Of a stretch of 64,000 nt of DNA, positions 1 through 6,724 are shown in pieces. The stretch is from Verrucomicrobiota bacterium (GTDB taxonomy: Bacteria > Verrucomicrobiota > Verrucomicrobiia > Chthoniobacterales > UBA10450), in assembly GCA_041167325.1 (NCBI GenBank), contig JBEEHH010000011.1, positions 142,653 through 206,652 on the forward strand, in the 5' to 3' direction. Below the pieces are notes generated by a model. The model was given only the letters and a program-made list of their open reading frames with translations, made no database searches and was not told where the DNA came from. Numbering within the stretch: the first letter of the stretch is position 1; each line of letters opens with the position of its first letter. Both the position numbers and the translations under genes were made by a program.

Positions 1-1608
1 GCGGGCCATGACAAGCTTAAGTCGACTCCCTACCGCTTTAGTTTTCTTCCGAGCGGTCTCCCGATCGACCGCCGCATGCTTCGTCTCTACCGAGAGGCTC
101 TCACTAAGTTCAACCAAGGGCTCGATCGAGAGCCGCCCAGCCCATTTGGCGCTGAAGGCGAAGAAGGCTTTCTAAGTTGGCTCAACGAGCCGCTCAGTGG
201 AGACAAGCCGATCGTCACGCGCTATATGCTCGCCGTCCATGGCGAAAGAGAAGATGTAAAGCAGGCATTCCCCGATCCAATCGGGGCGGACGCAATTGGC
301 TTTCGCCACTGGTACTTTGTATTCGGACAACAAGAGATGGATTTGCCTGCTCATTTGTTGCCCCCGGACGCAGCGCAAGAGGGGCCGGGCGATCCGATCG
401 TAGAGCAGCAAGGTTCGGCGCACCGCCCTGTAAATGTGGTTGGTTACTTTAACGCGGAGCTCGGGATTGGCGGAGCCGCGCGCGCACTTCTGGCCGCGTT
501 GGAAGCATCGGAGATTCCGTTCAATACGATGTCGTTTGCGGAGACCGCCAATCGCCAGAGCCATCCCTTCGAGCATCGTCAGGCAGAAAGTGGATCGGCC
601 GATATTAACATCGTGTGCATCAACGCCGATCAGATCTCCATCTTCGCGGAGAAGAACGGACCCGAACTACTTCATGGTCGCTACACCATAGGTGTTTGGT
701 TTTGGGAGGTGGAAGACTTCCCAGAGCTATTTCACGGCGCTTTCAACTATGTCGATGAAGTGTGGGTGGCGAGCGAGTTCATGCGCGAAACGTTCCTTAA
801 GGTATCGCCAAAACCTGTATTCAAGTTCGATTTGCCCGTCCTAAGGCCGCAAATCGACCTATCTCTCTCTCGCAAAGATCTGCGCCTGCCAAATCAGTTC
901 GTGTTTCTCTTCAGCTTCGATTTTTTCAGTGTCCTGGAGAGGAAGAATCCGGTGGGACTAATCGAGGCATTTAGCCGAGCATTTCGGCCCGGCGAAGGGC
1001 CGGCCCTGGTTATCAAGACAATCAACGGTGACAAACGCACCCGTGAAATGGAGAAACTCAAGTATGCAGCCCGTCACTGTCCGGATATTACTCTGATGGA
1101 TGGTTACCTTTCTGCGATCGAAAACAGCACGCTGACTGCGCAGGCCGATTGTTACGTGTCACTTCATCGCTCGGAAGGCTTTGGCCTGACCATCGCGGAA
1201 GCCATGGTGCTGGGCAAGCCGGCCATCGCCACGGCCTATTCGGGGAATCTTGAATTCATGACGGCGGAGAACAGCTATCTTTGCCCATTTGAGCGCGTTC
1301 AGGTGGGCCCAGAAAATGAACCGTATCCGGCGCTGGCGCACTGGTCGGAACCGGATATTGACTCCGCAGCTCAATTGCTTCGACAGGTTTACACAAACCA
1401 GGAGGAAGCCCGTGACAGAGGCCGGCGGGCCGCGGAGGACATGCGCGAGAGCCATTCTCCCGAGAGCGCCGGCCCCATCATCAGGGATCGCATCGCGAAA
1501 ATTCGTCGTCGCCGAGAGACGGTGCACCCCAGGCGCTCGACTGCCTTCCTGGAAGACCGTCTGGAGGAACTGGAGGCGATGAATGCCGGGCGGAAAAGGC
1601 CTGCCTAA
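1..1608 (+). CDS. Glycosyltransferase, GT-B fold family 1 (GT4-like); possibly 5'-partial
   Basis: ORF 76..1608 (510 aa). The C-terminal half carries the GT4 signature (..SLHRSEGFGLTIAEAMVLGKPAIATAYSGNLEFM..). The same frame has no stop codon between nt 1 and the ATG at 76, so the gene may begin upstream of the window. Confidence 0.85.
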   Translation, partial: AGHDKLKSTPYRFSFLPSGLPIDRRMLRLYREALTKFNQGLDREPPSPFGAEGEEGFLSWLNEPLSGDKPIVTRYMLAVHGEREDVKQAFPDPIGADAIGFRHWYFVFGQQEMDLPAHLLPPDAAQEGPGDPIVEQQGSAHRPVNVVGYFNAELGIGGAARALLAALEASEIPFNTMSFAETANRQSHPFEHRQAESGSADINIVCINADQISIFAEKNGPELLHGRYTIGVWFWEVEDFPELFHGAFNYVDEVWVASEFMRETFLKVSPKPVFKFDLPVLRPQIDLSLSRKDLRLPNQFVFLFSFDFFSVLERKNPVGLIEAFSRAFRPGEGPALVIKTINGDKRTREMEKLKYAARHCPDITLMDGYLSAIENSTLTAQADCYVSLHRSEGFGLTIAEAMVLGKPAIATAYSGNLEFMTAENSYLCPFERVQVGPENEPYPALAHWSEPDIDSAAQLLRQVYTNQEEARDRGRRAAEDMRESHSPESAGPIIRDRIAKIRRRRETVHPRRSTAFLEDRLEELEAMNAGRKRPA

Positions 1609-1684
1609 CCCGGCCCAACCCTCCTGACGGAAGCCTACTACGTAATATGAGTAACAATCAGCCCGCCCGGGATGTTATTTTTCG

Positions 1685-1714
1685 TTGACGGCGCGCCGGA
1701 TTCTTATCCATAAT
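1685..1714 (+). promoter_or_regulatory. Candidate sigma70-like promoter for the beta-helix gene
   Basis: TTGACG at 1685-1690, an 18-nt spacer, then CATAAT at 1709-1714, about 45 nt upstream of the ATG at 1759. This is a pattern match only. Confidence 0.25.
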
Positions 1715-1758
1715 GGGCGCCGTTCAGAAAACTAATAACCCATGACCCCATTACCCAT

Positions 1759-2688
1759 ATGAAAACTCGACAATACCTCACACTTCCTCTCATCTGCGCC
1801 TTCGCAGTGATCGGCGCCGCCACATTAAACGCCCAAGCAACCCGGACCTGGGTGTCAGGCGTTGGCGATGACGTAAATCCATGCAGCCGCACGGCTCCCT
1901 GCAAGACATTTGCCGGGGCGATTTCAAAGACCGCTGAAGGTGGCGAAATTGATCCGCTCGATCCAGCGGGCTATGGAACCCTCACCATCAACAAGGCCAT
2001 CACGATTGACGGCGGCACGGGTTCAGGTTGGGCGTCCGTCCTGAATACCGGCGGCATCTCCGGCTTCAACGTCAACGTCACCACCGGCACTCATGTCAAT
2101 GATGCGGTCGTGATTCTGCGAAACATCACGGTCAACGGCGCAAGCCAGTCTCCCAGTGTCGCTGGACTCCACGGCGTCAACTTCATTAAAGCCGCCAACC
2201 TAATTGTGGAGAACTGCGTCTTCGAGAACCAAAGCACCACCGGCATCACCGAGACGCTGGCGACCAGCGGGGTTCTCCGGGTCAATGATTGCTTTTTCGA
2301 TAATACAAACATCGGCATCACGGTAACCACGAGCGCGGGCACTTCTGCGGCGCATCTCGACCACTGCCGCTTCAATGCCCTGGCCGGTGGCGTTAAGACT
2401 ACTTCGAACGCCTTCGTCACGATCCGCGACTGCTTCTTTGCCCAAACCACCAGTGCAAATGGCGGGGTTCTCGCTAGCACCGGCTGCCAGATCAATGTTA
2501 CGAACAGCACATTTTCCAGGAACAACATCGGGGCTAATATGGGCGGCGGAATAATCCGTTTGTCGAACAATGATTTTTACGATAACGCGTCAGCCATCTC
2601 CGGTGGCACGGCTGAATCCGCTAACAACAACAGATTCAGGAATAACGCCGCAGACGGAAGTACAACCAATGTCATTGTGGTCAAATAG
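1759..2688 (+). CDS. Secreted right-handed parallel beta-helix repeat protein (possible glycan lyase/hydrolase-like fold)
   Basis: 309 aa. The N-terminal signal peptide is MKTRQYLTLPLICAFAVIGAATLNAQA. The mature part is G/N/T-rich, with repeated short beta-strand motifs (..ITIDGG.., ..ILRNITVNG.., ..LIVENCVF.., ..LRVNDCFF.., ..VTIRDCFF.., ..INVTNSTF..) typical of pectate-lyase-like beta-helices. Confidence 0.8.
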   Translation: MKTRQYLTLPLICAFAVIGAATLNAQATRTWVSGVGDDVNPCSRTAPCKTFAGAISKTAEGGEIDPLDPAGYGTLTINKAITIDGGTGSGWASVLNTGGISGFNVNVTTGTHVNDAVVILRNITVNGASQSPSVAGLHGVNFIKAANLIVENCVFENQSTTGITETLATSGVLRVNDCFFDNTNIGITVTTSAGTSAAHLDHCRFNALAGGVKTTSNAFVTIRDCFFAQTTSANGGVLASTGCQINVTNSTFSRNNIGANMGGGIIRLSNNDFYDNASAISGGTAESANNNRFRNNAADGSTTNVIVVK

Positions 2689-2754
2689 CCCATTACAATA
2701 GCGCGTCGCTCTCGGGTCGAACTCAAGAGCGGAACAGTGTAATTCTCTTTTCAA

Positions 2755-2790
2755 GTGGCCGCGAGAGCATCTCGCGGCCACCGCGCTTTT
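2755..2790 (+). terminator. Rho-independent terminator candidate downstream of the beta-helix gene
   Basis: Perfect 11-bp stem gtggccgcgag (2755-2765) pairing with ctcgcggccac (2771-2781), with a 5-nt loop agcat. It is followed by cgcgcTTTT (2782-2790). Confidence 0.55.
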
Positions 2791-2980
2791 GGCGCCCATC
2801 GATCCACCGCGCGGTTTCACCAAGTCAAGAAGCTCACGGAACTGCTGAAGATCAGTGAAAATGATCACGCCGATCGACAGGAGCAGATCGACCTAGATCA
2901 GGCCGAGGCAAGTAAGCCCCCACGATTACCAGCGAGCCCCAATCAGGCTAAGGCGAGCACGGCTCGAGAAGCGGGATAAG

Positions 2981-3700
2981 ATGACGGAATTCAACCGGGA
3001 CTTCCCATATGGCGCCGGCGAGACCGAGCGAGTAGTCGAAATCCCCTGGGCCTTATCCAAATATGACGGCGGCTCAAGGGTATTGGAGGTGGGCTGTTCG
3101 TTCGCATCCGAAAATCCAAAATACATTCAAGGTCTGATGGCTCTCAATATCCCCGAGCTTCATGGGATCGACATTTCATCCATTGAAGCGCCGCACTTTA
3201 TAAAAAAAACCGCCGACATTCGCGAGAGCGGGTATGAGACGGGATTTTTCGATTTCATCCTATGTATCTCCACCCTTGAGCACGTCGGCAAGGACAATAC
3301 CAAGTACTACCTGCCGGTCGCCGAACTGCAACGCGATCGGCAAAACCCTTCGCAACCTGACGCAGAAGCCCTCGTGGAAATGTTTCGGATTCTAAGACCG
3401 GGTGGCAAACTGATCGTGACCGTTCCTTTTGGCAAGTTTGTGGACTACGACTGGTTTACTCAGTACGATGCCCAAGCTATCTCGACCTTATTCGAGGCAA
3501 TTCCATCGGGAACCATTACCGCGGAATATTTCAAATATACGGAAGCTGGATGGGCTCCTTGCGCCGCAGATGATCTGGCGCAAACTGCGTACGGGGACAG
3601 CGGCGCTCCCGCGGCGGCTGGCTTAGCCTGCTTTGAGATTACAACTAATACCGGGCAGGCACATAACTCCTGTACAATAATCGATGCTTTAGGAGGTTAA
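2981..3700 (+). CDS. Class I SAM-dependent methyltransferase (paralog of 55420..56109)
   Basis: 239 aa. Motif I-like VLEVGCSFAS and post-motif LRPGGKLIVTVPFG. Roughly 80-85% aa identity by eye to the minus-strand ORF 55420..56109. Confidence 0.85.
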   Translation: MTEFNRDFPYGAGETERVVEIPWALSKYDGGSRVLEVGCSFASENPKYIQGLMALNIPELHGIDISSIEAPHFIKKTADIRESGYETGFFDFILCISTLEHVGKDNTKYYLPVAELQRDRQNPSQPDAEALVEMFRILRPGGKLIVTVPFGKFVDYDWFTQYDAQAISTLFEAIPSGTITAEYFKYTEAGWAPCAADDLAQTAYGDSGAPAAAGLACFEITTNTGQAHNSCTIIDALGG

Positions 3701-3794
3701 GATTGCTCATATTCGAGTTGTCCGAAATTCAGTCGGGAACTACACTTTTCAGTGCACTCGATGCGCGGTTCTTCGCTTACAATGTCCGCGCCGC

Positions 3795-4412
3795 CTATTG
3801 AGTTCGCGAGAGAGAAACTTCGAGACAAGATAGCCCCAGGAGCCGGGAATCCTGACCCGCGCCGAGTGATTTCGGCGACACCGCCTTCGGGATTTTAAGC
3901 GTAATAGTGAGAACGCCGCCGCTCTGGGAGATCGCGGGCGGGATTGGAGCGCTGTATTCCGCCAGCTCGCGGACGTTCCAGTCGGCTATCTTTTGATCGT
4001 TCGCAAAGACTTCGACAGGTTGAGATAGAACTTCTGGATTTCTTGTAAAACCGCCACACTTAATTTTGAGCGTGAGCGGATCGGCCACCGGGGAGATGCG
4101 CAGGGCAAGGACGGAAACAATCCCTTCGGTCCAGGAAAAGTTCGGCTCCGCGCCGCTCCAGCCAGAAACCTTGTAAGATTGCGAATTGCCATTCGTACCG
4201 AAATCAATTTTGTCCCCTATCGAATACTCACTCGCGCTCGGGGCCACATTTGAAGCGGCTCTCGTTGCCTCGGGACTGGGGCTGTTGGTCGTGGGACCTG
4301 CATTTTCCGAAGGACCGCAGGCGACGAGAAGTAAAGCCGCAATAGCGCACCAGAGAACCGGGAAAGCCAAAGACAGGCTTTTGCGGCTGACTAACAGATT
4401 AGAGTTTGACAT
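3795..4412 (-). CDS. Secreted lipoprotein with a beta-sandwich-like glycan-locus module (tandem paralog A)
   Basis: 205 aa. Signal peptide with lipobox (..AALLLVAC/GPSEN). The mature domain has YKVSGWSGAEPNFSWTEG...VEVFANDQKIADW...DSRLLGLSCLEV. It is a paralog of the adjacent ORF. Confidence 0.8.
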   Translation of the reverse strand: MSNSNLLVSRKSLSLAFPVLWCAIAALLLVACGPSENAGPTTNSPSPEATRAASNVAPSASEYSIGDKIDFGTNGNSQSYKVSGWSGAEPNFSWTEGIVSVLALRISPVADPLTLKIKCGGFTRNPEVLSQPVEVFANDQKIADWNVRELAEYSAPIPPAISQSGGVLTITLKIPKAVSPKSLGAGQDSRLLGLSCLEVSLSRTQ

Positions 4413-4418
4413 ACTTTC

Positions 4419-4964
4419 TTATCCTTTTGTGATTTGCATTTCGTAGCAGGCGACCCCCAGCACGCGAGCATCGTCGTTCATGTTTAAAGTCTTTGGCGTG
4501 GTCGCTTTCGGGGTGCGCAGTTCTATATTCAGCTTTTTCGCCCCGGCAATCTCTTTCGGAATTGCCGCGAGAAAACTCTCCGGTTCCGACACCTGCCAAT
4601 CAGCGATCTTCTGGCCGTTGACATAAACCTCGACAGGCTGGTAGGAAAGTTCCGGCGCATGAATTAGCCCGACCAGTTTCATTCTTAAAACCAAGCCTGT
4701 ATCGGTGGCGGGCACGTCAAGCGATAATGTCGCCCCTTTGCCTACGGTCCAGGTGAATTCCTTTTCGGCTCTACTCCAGCCGGAGACCTTAAATCGCTCG
4801 GAGCCACCGCTAGCACTAAAACTTATGACGGTCCCCAACGGATAAGATCTCTCGGACGCAGAAGAAGTCTCATCGGCGCGCCCGAAGTGCATCGCAACGA
4901 GAAATACGGACGCAACTAACGGCAAAATAGTCCCGCGGACAGCGAGTGCTTGACGGCTTGCCAT
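4419..4964 (-). CDS. Secreted protein, tandem paralog B of 3795..4412
   Basis: The track ORF 4419..5000 begins at a TTG. The in-frame ATG at 4964 gives a clean signal peptide (MASRQALAVRGTILPLVASVFLVAMHFGRA/DE). The domain FKVSGWSRAEKEFTWTVG...VEVYVNGQKIADW...DARVLGVACYEM aligns with paralog A. Confidence 0.75.
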   Translation of the reverse strand: MASRQALAVRGTILPLVASVFLVAMHFGRADETSSASERSYPLGTVISFSASGGSERFKVSGWSRAEKEFTWTVGKGATLSLDVPATDTGLVLRMKLVGLIHAPELSYQPVEVYVNGQKIADWQVSEPESFLAAIPKEIAGAKKLNIELRTPKATTPKTLNMNDDARVLGVACYEMQITKG

Positions 4965-5018
4965 AGCGGAGCAGATAACACACGGCCGATTTGCTGTCAA
5001 GCAGCCGACTCGTTGATC

Positions 5019-5227
5019 TTACCGATGTCGTCGGTCGACTTTTAGGTTGTAGAAAATGTATAGGAGCCCTCCCAAGAGTGCGACACCTAGTATGATGGCA
5101 AACCCGACGAATGAGGCGGCCAGGGCACATTCGCTTTCTACCTGCGCAGTTGCCTCAGAGATAAGACGAACAAATATTCGCGAACGCCAAAACCCGCGAG
5201 CGTAATCGGCAGCGCGGTTGCGGCAAG
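5019..5227 (-). pseudogene. Relic of the 3' end of a flippase-like (LPG_synthase_TM family) gene, frameshifted
   Basis: The DNA at 5043-5227 aligns by eye (roughly 70% identity) with 8923-9105, the 3' end of the intact gene 8872..9888. Shared blocks include ttgtagaaaatgta, cgacgaatga, tcgctttctac and cgtaatcgg. Translation gives LAATALPITLAGFGVREYLFVL, then a 1-nt deletion relative to the intact copy, then VESECALAASFVGFAIILGVALLGGLLYIFYN in another frame. No 5' part is present. Confidence 0.6.
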
Positions 5228-5251
5228 TAGCCTAACTCGACTATTACCAGA

Positions 5252-6688
5252 TCAGAAACGAAAATAGAGAAATGATGAGCTTCCAGATGCCATGATGCTG
5301 GACAATGCTGCAAAGAATAATATGATACTGGTCGCCCAACGTATCGTGTCGAGCTTTGGCGAATCCTTGATCATTGCAAGGCGGCGAGCCGCTTCCGGCA
5401 ATGGAATGAGGGCAATAAGCAACCCCACAGCAATCGCAGCAAGCCCATGAGGTGGAAAGATCAGGGCAAACGGCTCCGTTGTGGGCTGTAGTTGGGGAAG
5501 GACACCGTACATCCGCCCCCACAACCGCGTTGCGTACCTCAGCGAGTCGGCGCGGAATAGCACCCATGCGTTCATTACGATGAAGAAAGTCAGCAGTTGT
5601 TTTACTGCTGCGGGCGCCGGGAGAGTCCAGCCGCGTCGATCGCAGAATTTCTCCAAGGTAAGAAGGAAGCCGTAATAGGCGCCCCACAGAATGAAGGTCC
5701 AGGCTGCGCCGTGCCAAAAACCTGATATCAAAAAGACGATCCACAAGTTGAGATACAGGCGCCACGGTGCAACCCTATTACCACCCAGAGGGATATAGAG
5801 ATAAAGGCGCATCCAGTTGGAGAGCGTGATGTGCCATCGTTGCCAAAATTCGGTGACGCTCTTGGCCGTATAGGGTTGATTAAAATTTTCCGGGAATCGG
5901 AAACCGACAATCCTGCCTAGGCCTATGGCCATGTCTGAATAGCCGGAAAAATCGAAGTAGATCTGAATGGAGTAAGCAAGCACCCCCATCCATGCGTAGT
6001 GGGAAGGCAAGCTCTCGGCTGGTAAGCCAAAGATAGCATTAGCAATCCCACCGGCGGGATCCGCGATCAGTGTTTTCTTTCCCAGCCCGCGCGCAAAACG
6101 GAAAAAGCCGGCTATAAACTCCTCGGTGCCGTGAGTTCGTACTCTGATCTGGGGGCTGATCTCATGATAGCGAATGATAGGCCCAGCGATCAGTTGCGGG
6201 AAAAAGAGGATATAGAGCAAGGCATCGATGAATGAAGTCGGAGGAGATGTCCGCTGTTTGTAGAGATCGACGACAAAGCTAATTTTATGAAAGGCAATGA
6301 AGGATATACCCAAGGGTAAAACGACGCCGTACCATGACGGCCTTTCCATGCCAGCTATACGCAACAACGGCTGGACCTGATCAACAAAGAAATTGGCGTA
6401 TTTGAAGAATAACAGTGCACCAACATTGATCAGAATAGCGACGACAAGCCCGCTTTTCCTGACTCTATCGCTGTAAGTCGGCTTGGTCAGGACATGTTTG
6501 ATAATCATGTAGTCAATCCATGTCCCAGCGATGACATACCACACAAAAATCGGATCCCCCCAGGCAAAGAAGATGGTACTGAACAGTACAATCACCGCAT
6601 TGCGCAGACGAATGCCCTGCGCCACAAAATAAGTGATCAAGAATAGAGGGAGGAATACAAGGAGGAACAAGGGAGAGTTAAAAAGCAT
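5252..6688 (-). CDS. MBOAT family membrane-bound O-acyltransferase (AlgI/DltB/PatA-like)
   Basis: 478 aa, polytopic. N-terminus MLFNSPLFLLVFLPLF. Conserved block FWQRWHITLSNWMRLYLYIPLGGNR and the His-containing ISGFWHGAAW, typical of the AlgI/DltB family. Confidence 0.9.
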   Translation of the reverse strand: MLFNSPLFLLVFLPLFLITYFVAQGIRLRNAVIVLFSTIFFAWGDPIFVWYVIAGTWIDYMIIKHVLTKPTYSDRVRKSGLVVAILINVGALLFFKYANFFVDQVQPLLRIAGMERPSWYGVVLPLGISFIAFHKISFVVDLYKQRTSPPTSFIDALLYILFFPQLIAGPIIRYHEISPQIRVRTHGTEEFIAGFFRFARGLGKKTLIADPAGGIANAIFGLPAESLPSHYAWMGVLAYSIQIYFDFSGYSDMAIGLGRIVGFRFPENFNQPYTAKSVTEFWQRWHITLSNWMRLYLYIPLGGNRVAPWRLYLNLWIVFLISGFWHGAAWTFILWGAYYGFLLTLEKFCDRRGWTLPAPAAVKQLLTFFIVMNAWVLFRADSLRYATRLWGRMYGVLPQLQPTTEPFALIFPPHGLAAIAVGLLIALIPLPEAARRLAMIKDSPKLDTIRWATSIILFFAALSSIMASGSSSFLYFRF

Positions 6689-6724
6689 AAAGTATTTCGT
6701 GCAACCGAAGAGGGACTGAATCCT

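Noticed and set aside
2755-2979. Track ORF 2755..2979 (74 aa) in the spacer upstream of the methyltransferase gene.
   Set aside because: It starts inside the terminator hairpin, has a low-complexity Arg/Ala/Lys-rich translation with no motif, and has no coupling to neighbouring genes. It is probably non-coding.
3202-3209. An A8 homopolymer inside the methyltransferase gene 2981..3700 (also the G7 at 61083-61089 and several A7 runs), considered as possible slipped-strand phase-variation switches.
   Set aside because: The tracts are short for contingency loci, and only a single reading of the sequence is available. The paralog at 55420..56109 encodes the same lysines with an interrupted tract, but that alone does not show phase variation. 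Worth a glance only in population data.
3701-3794. A possible bidirectional terminator between convergent genes 2981..3700 and 3795..4412. The candidate stem is gcgcgg / ccgcgc around 3760-3790.
   Set aside because: It has only a 6-bp stem with a loop of about 17 nt and no adjacent T/A-run, which is too weak to call.
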